A stretch of DNA of 43,785 bases, from the IMG/VR virus record IMGVR_UViG_3300013426_000009, positions 1-43,785 of that record, one strand, 5' to 3'. This document shows, in pieces, positions 35,101 to 43,396 of the stretch. Within the stretch, counting starts at the first letter, position 1, and every line of letters begins with the position of its first letter. This DNA comes from a virus. The translations under genes were made by a program, and so were the position numbers. The notes under the pieces were generated by a model. That model had not been told where the DNA came from. It saw nothing but the letters and a program-made list of their open reading frames with translations, and did no database searches.

Positions 35101-37818
35101 GTGCTGAATCTCATGGATGAGAGTGCCTTTCAATTTCTCTGGTTCCAGTTTTAGCCCCGTTCTTAAAACGATCTCATTTTCTTCGGGGTGATAGCTTCCT
35201 TCTTTGTTCCCTGTGTTGGCCTCGAAACGCACTTTCATATCTCTCAGTGCCGGATACGCTTCAAACAGTTTGTCGTGCCTTACGATCTCGTCTAAATAGA
35301 GGGGTGACTTTCTAACGCCCTTGAGATTTTTGTCGAGAATCTGTAGCTCATTCAAATCTTCCGCAGTGGCAGTGTCGTGTAAATAAGCCTTTTCAAAAAG
35401 CTCGTTGTAGCGCTTTGCATCGGGGTTTCTGAGAAAATTCCATTTAGTGTCGGTTTCTGTGCCGCTGTCGTCGATCTCCCAGCGCCACTTCCCATCTGCG
35501 CCGCGGAACCAGCCCGTTTTCTGCCGGATGGTCTCGGCATCAGCACCGCTTTCCTCCATCTCTTTTGCCGTATTAAGCGCTTCTTTGTCCGCATTCTTTG
35601 CATTTTCTCCTGCAAACATAAAGCGCTTCTTGCCGCCCTCTGTGGCGGCATTTTTGCTGCTCTTCGCCGCCGCCTCGAATGCCTGCTGCAAAAGCCCTTC
35701 CGCCGTCTGCGCCTGCTTCTTGGCCTTGCCGGTCAGCTTGCCCACGATCTCGCGGATAGCGTCGCGCAGCTTTTCAAGCAGCGTCCGGTCTTCGCTGTGC
35801 CTGCGGATAAACTCATTCAGCACGTCCGTGTTGGCGATCATCTCGCCCGCGTAGTTGGCTGCGGCCTCGTCCAGCGCTTCATCCATGCTGGTCTCAACGC
35901 CCATGCGGTTGTACTGCTCGTGCAGGATGTTCGCCGCCTCGGCGACGTCGGGGTCTTCCATGATGGCATTGCGGAACGCCGTGTACTGCTCGGGCGCGAG
36001 CTCCTGCACGCGGTGCGTCCACTCATGGCCGACGACCTGCATCACGGGGTCCTGCGCGTCCTTTGCAATGCGGATTTCGTTCCCCTCGATGACGCCGTTG
36101 GCCTTGCCTCCCATCACTTCATCCGCCATACGCACGCGCACGCCGAGCGCCTTTGCAACGGTGTTGATCTCATCCGCCGTCGCGTTATCCATGCTGCGCG
36201 AAACGTAGTCATCATAGACAAGGCCGCTGCTGCCGTCGCTTTCCTGCGCGAAGGTCTTCTTGCGCGCCTCGGCCTTCGCGTCGTTCTGCCCTGCGGCATA
36301 GCCCGCGTAGGCCGTCTCATTCGTCGGGTTCGGATTCGCTTTGCCTTCCACGCCCGCATTGTAGGCGGGAATAAAGTCCTTCACGTGCTCTGCCGTGTCC
36401 TTGCCCTCCTGATACGAGCCGCGGATCGCCTTGCGCCCGCTCTCGCCGATCATGCTGTCGTAGCGCGCAAAAAGCCTGTCGGCAATGCCGTTCACGACGT
36501 CCGCGTCGCTGCGCGTCTCCGTCTTCGTGTTCGGCAGCTCGGTACGGCTGTCATAATAGCGCCCGCCGCGGTTGCCGATGGCTTCCACACCGCCGCCAAG
36601 CCCGCCGAGAATGCCGCCGACGAGAAAGTCGTTCAGAATTTCCGATGCTTCCAGCTCGCTGTAGCTCCCGCCGAGCGTCTTGCCGTTATAGATCATCTGC
36701 AAGGCAGGCTGAATGAGGTCTTCGATGGCTTCCTCGCCGCCCTCTTCCAGAAACGACAGCGCGATCTTGCCCGCCGCGCTGCTGTTAAGCCCCTGCATCG
36801 TCCGCTCGATGACGTCGTCTAAAAAGCCCTTGCCGAACATCTTCTTGAACGGAGCCGCCGCGTTGCCGATCTTCTCGGTCGCCACGCTCAGCGCGCCGCT
36901 CGCAAAGCCATAGTTGACCTGCTGCTCGTGTGTTGCGCCCTGTCTGCGTGCCTCCTGAGCGCTTCCTCCCATGCTGCGAACGAACATCGCAGGGAGCGCG
37001 CTGCCGCCCGTAGCGAGGCCGAGAACGGCGTCCGCGCCCATCTGTGCGCCCGCAACGCCCACGTCGACCGCGAGCTGCCCGACCTTGCCGAGGCCGCTTT
37101 TCGCCTTGTTGATATCTCTTGTGCCGCTGTCGGCCAGCCTGTCAGCGGTCTTATAGATCGCGCCCGCCGTGCGCTCGACCTCGCCGCCGATGCCGTATGC
37201 CTGCTGATACGCCGCCTTGCGTGCTTCCAGATTGGTGATGACGGTGCGCGCCGTTTCGCGTTCGCTTTCCGTGCTTTCGGGGTCGTTCAGCACTTCGCGC
37301 TGCGCCTTGATGTCCTGATCCCACAGCGCGATTTCTTTCTCGGCCTCATCGCGGCGCTGTAAGCCGCTTCCGGTCTGTGCCATGCCCGCCACATTGACAA
37401 GGCCCGCGCCGTAGGTCTTCGCCGCGCCTTTTGCCGCGTTCCCGACGCGCTGCGCGACCGTCGGCGTCTTCACGTCCTGCACGTGCTTCTGAAAGGCGCT
37501 CTCGCTCTGGTAGTTTTTCGCCTCTTTCTGCTGCAAGGCACCCTTGCCAAGATTTTGCGCAAGCGCACTCTGGTTCTTCGGCGTCACGACATTCTGCTGC
37601 GTCGTCGGCTGCTGACGGAACACCGGCGAAGTCGCTTTTACTCTCTCCTTCATTCTTGACGTGCTGGGCGTATTTAGTTTGTCCGCCTCATCTGCGCGTT
37701 CAACAAACTGTGCATGTGCATCTTTTCGGGCTGCCCAAGAGGCCGCACCGTCAAACGATGCGGCCCTCTCCTTTTTGCGTGCCGCCCATGCGGACGCACC
37801 GTCAAAATTCCCCGACAT
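29176..37818 (-). CDS. Giant polyvalent virion/ejection-type protein (2,880 aa) with two zincin-like HExxHxxQE modules
   Basis: RBS AAGGAGGACAAGATAT precedes ATG 37818. There is a Gly-zipper hydrophobic region at about aa 240-415. GHEWTHRVQE is encoded at nt 36013-36027 and LIHEIQHAIQEREGF at nt 35101-35115. Further polyvalent-protein-like modules, long coiled coils and a ~1,000-aa C-terminal region follow. Confidence 0.85.
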   Translation of the reverse strand: MSGNFDGASAWAARKKERAASFDGAASWAARKDAHAQFVERADEADKLNTPSTSRMKERVKATSPVFRQQPTTQQNVVTPKNQSALAQNLGKGALQQKEAKNYQSESAFQKHVQDVKTPTVAQRVGNAAKGAAKTYGAGLVNVAGMAQTGSGLQRRDEAEKEIALWDQDIKAQREVLNDPESTESERETARTVITNLEARKAAYQQAYGIGGEVERTAGAIYKTADRLADSGTRDINKAKSGLGKVGQLAVDVGVAGAQMGADAVLGLATGGSALPAMFVRSMGGSAQEARRQGATHEQQVNYGFASGALSVATEKIGNAAAPFKKMFGKGFLDDVIERTMQGLNSSAAGKIALSFLEEGGEEAIEDLIQPALQMIYNGKTLGGSYSELEASEILNDFLVGGILGGLGGGVEAIGNRGGRYYDSRTELPNTKTETRSDADVVNGIADRLFARYDSMIGESGRKAIRGSYQEGKDTAEHVKDFIPAYNAGVEGKANPNPTNETAYAGYAAGQNDAKAEARKKTFAQESDGSSGLVYDDYVSRSMDNATADEINTVAKALGVRVRMADEVMGGKANGVIEGNEIRIAKDAQDPVMQVVGHEWTHRVQELAPEQYTAFRNAIMEDPDVAEAANILHEQYNRMGVETSMDEALDEAAANYAGEMIANTDVLNEFIRRHSEDRTLLEKLRDAIREIVGKLTGKAKKQAQTAEGLLQQAFEAAAKSSKNAATEGGKKRFMFAGENAKNADKEALNTAKEMEESGADAETIRQKTGWFRGADGKWRWEIDDSGTETDTKWNFLRNPDAKRYNELFEKAYLHDTATAEDLNELQILDKNLKGVRKSPLYLDEIVRHDKLFEAYPALRDMKVRFEANTGNKEGSYHPEENEIVLRTGLKLEPEKLKGTLIHEIQHAIQEREGFARGTSPVYWDEMIQGGYSRRKNDGRIERARKEYHRIFDSAPEEFKDKVRRINRARLDGDYDAAEAVVDELYDSEYADLWSQLDMAEFEWLSDRGEEMNAYDLYHNTAGEIEARDAAARRGLTADERMGRKPNIGDEDTVFADGGKSYSIEKTTDNKSFVEVDEDILDGIPQKDWVSTVKANLKNKFPSGITVGNNEINIDYQSRQEMTFSRYMQWLYNNDPQLREDKLRATNNADEILHATTNWVNEGLNHPRKDKIADFARGNVLLRVGGNDYTAEVVVGTRESGSMLLYDILNLQPTSFVEKETDAVKAENPSPGTNRNTASVSKSSIPQNGENVKKRYSLKEYTDEEKKQHRKDADEYFGHTYKWSETGYILTNGKKLDFSGRHEGGPGGYRTVDHRDIRDALGDDYGGSDYSGSMVQFMSEGNIRISPESGGINLSVMPTKNQLDSLSDFISHNRGEVILDLDTPDGQTVSSTEYPRGTHANKVLADIKAYFEDGTTPQVSSLAQFLSLKGTENAQELAALKRENETLRQRVDYWKGQTRRSDGVRTDSRSVQQAAKRLVKDYSAEIDSSEIAGDLASLYDYIARGGDETGELTYTEARSRADSIAERIAESAIAKDDEVYREYSELRKFLKDTKITLSAEDAAGITDYADFRRGLFGKVNLGRGERTNVDQVYSELAESYPEFFSETRENNVSDQISRIAEVANELYNVGEYNPFEGYMGQAVSAISNDIMERFFDLPQAKKTFADVQAEKLVAAKAAGRKAAADAKLAGEKKLERQTARLRHTQEALQKARTQQAEKLDALKDRYREKDATRREGQKRRELRAKITRHAKDLSKKLLRPTDTKHIPENMRSAVAAVLNSINQESAYTVDESGKRVYDGSGTPTKRTEAFRALQKQYQSILEDNEGGDMVVDPSLLGTDGSDGLLEQVIGMEDKRLSELTREELGTMWKTIRAVEHSVSTAGKVLSKSKFETTKQMADSFKTDVSTRRQKLGGNMTISLETPYTFFAHYGETGKSIYRMLRNAQDSQEVMARDIAEKTQKVLGDELGEAGFKDVAGKAIHGDLKGALRDARGSAIGKWEAETHDITVANGGKLTLTTPQIMELYLLSKRKQALGHLLGGGVIQPEIKSAETGKTKVQRGTRQVFLTEGDIERITGKLTDEQKRVADGLQELTATTLAKYGNDASMQAYGYRKFTEKNYWPIRSAAEGLHSTQEEDSGNVRSIKNIGMAQQVTPNANNAVELRSVFDTFADHASDMINYAAWLAPMEDANRFFNFQYRNDAGNKTGVSVKGLLDEKGGKGAQQYWTKLMGDIQNGIGVKDFEPFRDFMTKNTGKFKGAAVGANIRVVIQQPTAFFRAAAVLDPKDMAKGMTGGVTKGSGWEKALEHSPIAMRKDVGSFDISSPYTLKERFYGKEGVTNKLNDLAGAAAGKADAVTWGKLWNACEWQVKREKPDVRAGSNEFYSAVNDVFSDMIDQTQVVDGILQRSNIMRGKGDFSQQATAFMGEPIMTLNVLMRSYDAFRYEENPTKRSKALKSLGRAATALVVTDVVNALAQSVVDALRDDDRDKDYWEKFFTAFTGVEGDEESATELISNIVLNGNVGSNLNPLTKIPVVKDTLSIMQGYDVSRPDMESIAGLLSAASVFIKSIGGDGRQTNKEATLTLLAQASKVFGLPVSNIKRDVMATIRTIAQASGSLGFQYEVEKFSYNLANSGNKSRFISILYDALEQGDYTTYEHIRRDLMEQMGLDGESIQSSLKTRYKKKTESKENYSLPQKSLDLLGIRGKYAYDSGEDEEKFSAADLNASAYSKYETQKGETYRTQADKATGSGAFSRLSDEGKDKALGYVESYAEAMALKENSGGQYEITTKWIQNAQEAQKQYRIDPGVFAACKAAASECESLKDKDGETIDLSKGLQIMEMLFRSGLNEQQRTAMYEYLNVPKSIRHWNRARVDEQLAIMRKKAA

Positions 37819-37832
37819 ATATCTTGTCCTCC

Positions 37833-39038
37833 TTAGTAGCCGTAGCTGCTGAACAGTTCTTCTGCCTCGCTGTACTGTTCCTCACTCATACCGCCTGCTA
37901 CCTGATCCATGTACGCCTCGGCTGCTTTCACTCTACCCTCTCGCAGATTGACGCGAATGTTGTTCAACACAGCTTCCCACTCACTGGCCTTCATGCCCTG
38001 ATTGCGAACCGTGCCGTATCCCTTCGGCTCATCATTGCCGTCCGGGTCATACCCGTATTTACTTTTAAGATATTCGTCGTTATATCCGTTGTAATAGAAG
38101 ACGTTCAGCACCTCATCGGTAAACTGTCCAGCTTTCGCCATCTCTTTAGCGGTCGACAAGCTCATACTCGGCTTGCTGGGCGCATTGCTCACTCGCCCGC
38201 CGCTACTTGCCGCCTGCGCGGCCTGCTGCAATTGATACTGCCATTCCGCGTCATAGCGCGCGTCCTCAATGGCGTCGCGTTCCTTCTGGTAGTCGTAGTT
38301 GAGCTTGTCCTGCTGCTTCTGATACGCCAGCGCATCCGCCGTCTGCTGGTCGCTCACCTGATCGCGTGCGAGCTGATAGAGGTAGTTGCGGTCGGTCAGC
38401 CAGCGGTTGTAGTTGTTGTCTTCAAGGCCGATGAGCGTGCTCAGGTCGGCGCGGTCGGCGCTCAGGTCGTCCTGATACATGCCGTAGGCAAGCTGCTGGA
38501 GCTCGGGAATCTTGTCCGTCATCTGGCTCATCTGGTAGTCGCTCGCTTGCTGGCTCGCTGCCACCGCCGCCGTGGACGGCATTCCGCCCGTCATCACTGC
38601 CGTCTTGCCGAGCACGTCCTCCGCGCTGCGGTCCGCCTCGCGCGTATACTGCTTGCGGTACTGCTGATAGAGCGGGTCGCTCGCCGCGTCGTAGCTGAAT
38701 TTTTCGCGGTTCAGCAGCGCGTCGAGCTTTGCGCTGATCTGCCCGCTCTGATCGTAGTTGTAACTGCTGTCGCCCAGCTTATCGAGCCAGCTTGTGTCAG
38801 CCTTCGCAGGGCTCGCGCCCGTGCCGAGCTTGATGTACTCGCTGCCGTCCACGCCGCCGGAATAGTCGTACTTCGCGCGAATCTTCTCCGCCGCGTCGTG
38901 TGCCGCCTGCTGCCCCGCCTTGTCGCCCTCGGCATAGGCCTTGTTGTAGGCCTCGGTATACTGCCGGATGAGATCGAGGTCGCCCGAATCGCTGATGAGC
39001 GTCAGGTCTGTATTCTTGTGTTTGAAATTATCTGCCAT
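37833..39038 (-). CDS. Gln/Tyr/Asp-rich structural (ejection-protein-like) protein (401 aa)
   Basis: RBS GTGAGGGGACA. It lies directly upstream of the giant gene. No catalytic motif recognised. Confidence 0.7.
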   Translation of the reverse strand: MADNFKHKNTDLTLISDSGDLDLIRQYTEAYNKAYAEGDKAGQQAAHDAAEKIRAKYDYSGGVDGSEYIKLGTGASPAKADTSWLDKLGDSSYNYDQSGQISAKLDALLNREKFSYDAASDPLYQQYRKQYTREADRSAEDVLGKTAVMTGGMPSTAAVAASQQASDYQMSQMTDKIPELQQLAYGMYQDDLSADRADLSTLIGLEDNNYNRWLTDRNYLYQLARDQVSDQQTADALAYQKQQDKLNYDYQKERDAIEDARYDAEWQYQLQQAAQAASSGGRVSNAPSKPSMSLSTAKEMAKAGQFTDEVLNVFYYNGYNDEYLKSKYGYDPDGNDEPKGYGTVRNQGMKASEWEAVLNNIRVNLREGRVKAAEAYMDQVAGGMSEEQYSEAEELFSSYGY

Positions 39039-39045
39039 TGTCCCC

Positions 39046-40632
39046 TCACTTTCTGCCGCCCGTCACGTATTCGTACTCGAGCGCATAGAGCCGGTATTCT
39101 CCCGTAGCTTTGATTTTCAGCCTGAAGTGGTCGCAGCGGCGGATCGGGCAGTTGAGCGTGAAAACGTCCTTCTCCTGCGCCCCGCAGCGGTCTACCTCTT
39201 CCCACGCGCCGCTGTCAAATTTGACAAGGAACACGACCGTCGCGCCCTTTTCGCATTCCAGCCGTGCCCGTACGCGCTGCACGTGCTTTGCGTCGAACGA
39301 GCCGCCGTCATAGTCGGCAAACTCCGCCTCACTGCTGACGCCCCCCTCGCGCGTCGCGCCGGTCGGGACGTCTGCCGGATTCCCCAGCAGCACGCACCCG
39401 CCGTCTACTAAGGCCATGATACCGCCCGAATAGGCCATTTGCACCACGGCGAGCGCATCTTCCTTGTGCCACACGCCGTTTTCGCTGCTGTAGCAATACA
39501 GCGCCGCTTTGCCGTCCTCTTTCAGGCTCACGTAGTAATTGAGGCCGTCGCTGCCGCCCACGGCGTCGGAGAGCCGCACATCGTCGCCCAGCGCGCGGGA
39601 GATGCAGCGCGGCATGCCGCCGCTGTACGCCATGATGCCGACCTTCGAGAGGTAATAGAGCGTTTCGCCCGCCACAGCAAGGCTCTTGTGGCTTCCTTTC
39701 ATCACGCCGAGCACCGCGCTCGACATGAGCTGAAAGTTCGTCGGGATCGTGCCGTACATCTTGAATATCTTGTCCTCTTTGAAAAAGCACGGATAGCCGA
39801 GGTAGCTCACGCACGCCGTAAACGCCCCCGCCGTGCCGCTCTCCACGCTGAACGCGTCCGTAGATAGCCCGTCAAACACGTTCCAGTTGTACGGATCGCC
39901 GAGCTTTGAGGCAAAGATGCTGTCATCCTTGCAGCCCCACACGCGGTTTTCGTTTGTGCAGACAAAATCCATGTCGGGCACGGTGCGCTTGAGAGTGACC
40001 TCGCCGGTCTCCGTGATGCTCTCCTGCCCCTCGGGCAGGCGGAACGTGTTCTCGTAAAAGCGCAGCGTCTTCTTGTCCTCGCTGATCTCGCGGATGATGG
40101 GCGTGCGGTTGTTGTAGGCCTCCTTTGTGCAGCCCGAGATCGTCACCGCGTCGCCCACGTTGAAAGGGAACGCCGCGCCGGTCGTCGTGATGCTGTTCGC
40201 CTCGGCCTTTTCGTCGGCATACGTGCCGTTGCCGAATTTCAGCCCCGTCGCGCTGTAGCTTGCCTCCATTGGCTTGATCGTGCCGTCCTTTTCGCACACG
40301 ATCTTATCGGGAAAGATGAGCACGCGCTTGCCCAGTGCGCAGAAGGCCTTTTCGCTGTCTGCGACCGTCGCCTTCTCCTCACCGTCGATATAGAGTTTCG
40401 TGCCGTACACCTCGTAGAGCTTGCCCGCGCTGAAAATGCCGTTTGCCGTGCTCATATTCTTGCGGACGGTATAGCGCCGCGCGCGGGGAGCGAGAAGCGG
40501 AAAGTACCGCGCCGACAGGTTCTTCATGTCGTAGAGCTCGCCGCCCGCCGCGCCGAACGTGTGGTTGATTCCGCCGAATTTCTCCTGCTGCACGCGCCGG
40601 TTTGCGTATGCCGTGATCTCAGGCAGTCTCAT
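39046..40632 (-). CDS. Tail hub / stabilisation-type protein, beta-rich (528 aa); tentative P22 gp10-like role
   Basis: ATGA coupling to the upstream gene. The size and the C-terminal ...IRRCDHFRLKIKATGEYRLYALEYEY are loosely reminiscent of podovirus hub proteins. This is my recollection only. Confidence 0.65.
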   Translation of the reverse strand: MRLPEITAYANRRVQQEKFGGINHTFGAAGGELYDMKNLSARYFPLLAPRARRYTVRKNMSTANGIFSAGKLYEVYGTKLYIDGEEKATVADSEKAFCALGKRVLIFPDKIVCEKDGTIKPMEASYSATGLKFGNGTYADEKAEANSITTTGAAFPFNVGDAVTISGCTKEAYNNRTPIIREISEDKKTLRFYENTFRLPEGQESITETGEVTLKRTVPDMDFVCTNENRVWGCKDDSIFASKLGDPYNWNVFDGLSTDAFSVESGTAGAFTACVSYLGYPCFFKEDKIFKMYGTIPTNFQLMSSAVLGVMKGSHKSLAVAGETLYYLSKVGIMAYSGGMPRCISRALGDDVRLSDAVGGSDGLNYYVSLKEDGKAALYCYSSENGVWHKEDALAVVQMAYSGGIMALVDGGCVLLGNPADVPTGATREGGVSSEAEFADYDGGSFDAKHVQRVRARLECEKGATVVFLVKFDSGAWEEVDRCGAQEKDVFTLNCPIRRCDHFRLKIKATGEYRLYALEYEYVTGGRK

Positions 40633-40877
40633 TTGACCTCACCGGCCTTTAAGGGCGCAGGGCCTTCCGCGCGCCTGCTCTTTTTGCTTTCCGGCTTCTC
40701 CGCCTGCTCGTCCGGCGTCTCTCCCTGCGTCGGCTCCTCCGCCGCGTCGCAGATCATCATAATGTTGCGCAGCTCCTGCCGCGCCGCCGCCACGATGTCC
40801 ACGGCGTCCCCGTTGACATTCAAAAGGCCGACGAGACGCATCGCCTGCGCCGCTCCCTGCTTGATCTTTTCTTTCAT
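40629..40877 (-). CDS. Hypothetical protein (82 aa)
   Basis: RBS GGAGGTAAAAAGAC. Confidence 0.7.
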   Translation of the reverse strand: MKEKIKQGAAQAMRLVGLLNVNGDAVDIVAAARQELRNIMMICDAAEEPTQGETPDEQAEKPESKKSRRAEGPAPLKAGEVK

Positions 40878-40883
40878 GTCTTT

Positions 40884-41357
40884 TTACCTCCAATCGGGGT
40901 TTCGATAAGTTCCGTAGTTGATGACCGGCGTGAACTCCACCCAATTCGGGCGCGACGCCGTTCCGATATTGATAATCGCCCGATGCCTTGCCCAATTGGG
41001 ACGGGATGCCGTTCCGGTGTTGATATAGACGTTTCCACCGCTGCTGCTTCCCTCCATTGTGAAGGACCCGCTGTCTGAATAGCTTGTCTCCACCCAGCTG
41101 TCGAGGTCAGTGTCCCAGTAGCACAGAACCGCCTCCCAGTCATAGGTCTCCCCCGGACTGAGATCGTCGAATGTGTCTTCAAAGTCGCTGCTGCCGCCGC
41201 CCTTGTTCGTCGATTCGAGATAGAACCCTCTCGAATAAATACCCGTGACGTAAAGTGCTCTGTGCAGCGAATAGCTGCTGTCGCCGCCGGTGAACGTTCC
41301 GGTCAGAACCGCCTTTGTCGAGCTCTCCACGGTGATATCTACGCTCAGTCTCGCCAT
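40884..41357 (-). CDS. Small beta-rich (Ig/FN3-like?) structural protein with an internal duplicated TGTASRPNW segment (157 aa)
   Basis: RBS GAGGAGG. NTGTASRPNWARHRAIINIGTASRPNWVEF is mirrored by an imperfect ~34-nt DNA direct repeat at about 40920-41010. Confidence 0.7.
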   Translation of the reverse strand: MARLSVDITVESSTKAVLTGTFTGGDSSYSLHRALYVTGIYSRGFYLESTNKGGGSSDFEDTFDDLSPGETYDWEAVLCYWDTDLDSWVETSYSDSGSFTMEGSSSGGNVYINTGTASRPNWARHRAIINIGTASRPNWVEFTPVINYGTYRNPDWR

Positions 41358-41360
41358 GCG

Positions 41361-42284
41361 TCACGCCTCCTCAAAGAACACCGTGCCATACGGTGCATAG
41401 CTCGGCGGGGACGGCCCGAACGTGTAGTTGCCGCTCAACACCAGATAGCCGCCGCCAAGCGAAACGACGTTATAGTCGCTCACGTCATCCATCCCAATCA
41501 GCGCAAACGGGCCAAAGTCGGATTTTAAGTAGACGTTTCCCGCCGCTTCAAACCGCATGCCGCCGTAGTCCGCCGAAAGGCCGATGCCGGTCTGCCCGGT
41601 TCCTGTCATCGCAAGGGTCAGGCTGCCAACGCTTTCATATTTTCTCGTGTCGTTGTTGTAGCCGATCAGGTCTACGCTTTCACCGCGCAGCTTCTCTGCC
41701 GTCAGCGTGCCGTAGATGTTCACCGCGTCCACGCACAAGTCAATGCTGCCCGTGCTCGCGATCTGCGCGCCGTTGTAGTTGAGCTTGAAGATCGTGCCGC
41801 TCTCGCCGCTCGTCGCGCCCAGCGTGAAGCCGGTCGCGCTCTGGTCGAAGATGCTTTGCGCCTGCGTCGCGTCGATCTTCGTACTCACCGTCGTGCGGAT
41901 GCCGTTCACGTCCGCCTTAATGTTCGTGATCGCGCCGTCAAGGTTCGAAATGCTCGCCTGCAAGCCCGTCGCCGTCGCTTGCAGCTGCGTAATATTTCCC
42001 TCGGCGTCGCCGATGCGTCCTGCCAGCCCCTGCGCCGTGATGGACAGCTCATTTACATTCTCGTCCGTGTCCTCGATCTTGGCATAGATCGGCTCGGAGA
42101 TATTCTTGATAAACTCGCTCAATGCGTTCTGGTTGATGTTGCTCCCATCCAGATTGAAAAGCGTATACCGCAGCTGTTCCAGCAGCACGAAAAGGTAATC
42201 ATAGACCCCGTTGATCTGCTCCTGCGTGTCTTTGCCTTCCCCGTTCGGGAAGGTCGTCTCCACCAGCTGAAATGTCGTCGGCAC
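41361..42284 (-). CDS. Tail fibre-like protein with coiled-coil stalk (307 aa)
   Basis: GTG start at 42284. The heptad-like segment ...ITAQGLAGRIGDAEGNITQLQATATGLQASISNLDGAITNIKADVNGIRTTV... is followed by a beta-rich C-terminus. Confidence 0.7.
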   Translation of the reverse strand: MPTTFQLVETTFPNGEGKDTQEQINGVYDYLFVLLEQLRYTLFNLDGSNINQNALSEFIKNISEPIYAKIEDTDENVNELSITAQGLAGRIGDAEGNITQLQATATGLQASISNLDGAITNIKADVNGIRTTVSTKIDATQAQSIFDQSATGFTLGATSGESGTIFKLNYNGAQIASTGSIDLCVDAVNIYGTLTAEKLRGESVDLIGYNNDTRKYESVGSLTLAMTGTGQTGIGLSADYGGMRFEAAGNVYLKSDFGPFALIGMDDVSDYNVVSLGGGYLVLSGNYTFGPSPPSYAPYGTVFFEEA

Positions 42285-42290
42285 TCGTCA

Positions 42291-42656
42291 TCACACCTTC
42301 CAGTTGCCCTTGCTTTCTTTGCGGTTCTCGCGCCGCCACCATGCCATAGCGTCGGCCACTGCCTCGTTGGCGATGGCGTGGTCGTTGGCGTAGAGCGCGC
42401 TGTCCTGATTGTAGGCGTCGAGCTGCGCGGCCAGATACAGATGGTAGCACTCGTTGTGCCCGTCCGGCAGCAGCAATTCCATATCCTCGACGCTCGCGGT
42501 GTCGTCCTCCACGCTCACCTTGAGGGTGGGGGCTTCCGCCCCCATCATCTCGGCGATCCGGTGCTCAAGCACCATAAGGATTTCCGCCTTGCGCGGCGTG
42601 CTCAGTTTGTTGGGCCGCAGCGCGTCCGCGTCGCGGATAGCTTTCAGCAGCTTCAT
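42291..42656 (-). CDS. Hypothetical structural-module protein (121 aa)
   Basis: ATG 42656 overlaps the upstream stop as TGATG, with GGAGGT 7 nt upstream. The ORF track starts one GTG codon earlier, at 42659. Confidence 0.7.
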   Translation of the reverse strand: MKLLKAIRDADALRPNKLSTPRKAEILMVLEHRIAEMMGAEAPTLKVSVEDDTASVEDMELLLPDGHNECYHLYLAAQLDAYNQDSALYANDHAIANEAVADAMAWWRRENRKESKGNWKV

Positions 42657-43396
42657 CACTTAACCTCCGTAAAATACTGCCCCACGACCTCATGCGGCAG
42701 ATACTGCAGCACGATCTTCCCGCCCGCGGCCTCGCCGGTGCGCTCGCACAGGTACGTCTTGCCGTCCTCGCTGTCGAGGTAGTACTTGCCATACTCGTAT
42801 TCCATGCCGCGGCTCGCGGGGATGGGGTCATCCTGCGTGCCTGCGTGCTCCACGTCGACCACGACCCACAGCGCGGGCGTTGCGGCGGGGTTCCAGCCCT
42901 CTTGCGAGGTGTGCGCCTGCTGGCACTTGTAGAGCTTGCCGTTATCGTTCACGCGGTCGCCGACGGCGTAGCTGACGGGATATGCCCACGTGGGGAACAG
43001 CTCGACCGCCTTTGCCGCCTCGCCGTCCGGCAAACTCACCGCTGCCGCCTCGATGACCGGTCTCAGCTCCGCCGCGCGCTGCGGCGTAATGCTCTGGCCC
43101 ACCAGCGCCGTGACGGCGTTCTCGCTATTTGTGAGTTGTGCAGCGCCGCCGATCTGCTCAAAGCCTCCGGTCGGTTCGTTGCCGTGCATAGTCTTACCGT
43201 CAAAGCGATATACAGTATCGACCATCGCCGCGATCGGTTCGCCGTCTTCCGTTGTCGTTTCTCTTGCGATTTTTGCGCAAAATCCTTCTGCCTCATCCTC
43301 ACTGCACGGGATATAACATCCGTTGATGTGTAGCTTGATGAGCAAGACAGAATCAGCGTAACCGTCAAATACCCCGTTTTTGGTTACTGCGTACAT
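42656..43396 (-). CDS. Protein with a C-terminal chitin-binding-type-3 / CBM5-12-like carbohydrate-binding motif (246 aa)
   Basis: The ORF track gives 42656..43522. I moved the start to ATG 43396, preceded by GGAGGGAATGT. ...TWAYPVSYAVGDRVNDNGKLYKCQQAHTSQEGWNPAATPALW... Confidence 0.7.
   Translation of the reverse strand: MYAVTKNGVFDGYADSVLLIKLHINGCYIPCSEDEAEGFCAKIARETTTEDGEPIAAMVDTVYRFDGKTMHGNEPTGGFEQIGGAAQLTNSENAVTALVGQSITPQRAAELRPVIEAAAVSLPDGEAAKAVELFPTWAYPVSYAVGDRVNDNGKLYKCQQAHTSQEGWNPAATPALWVVVDVEHAGTQDDPIPASRGMEYEYGKYYLDSEDGKTYLCERTGEAAGGKIVLQYLPHEVVGQYFTEVK

Noticed and set aside
29176-37818. The 2,880-aa ORF as an ordinary tape-measure protein.
   Set aside because: No tube or chaperone genes lie upstream and no Dit or Tal genes lie downstream. 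Its length would imply an implausibly long tail, and it carries zincin-type and other enzymatic-looking modules. Only the Gly-zipper stretch is tape-measure-like.
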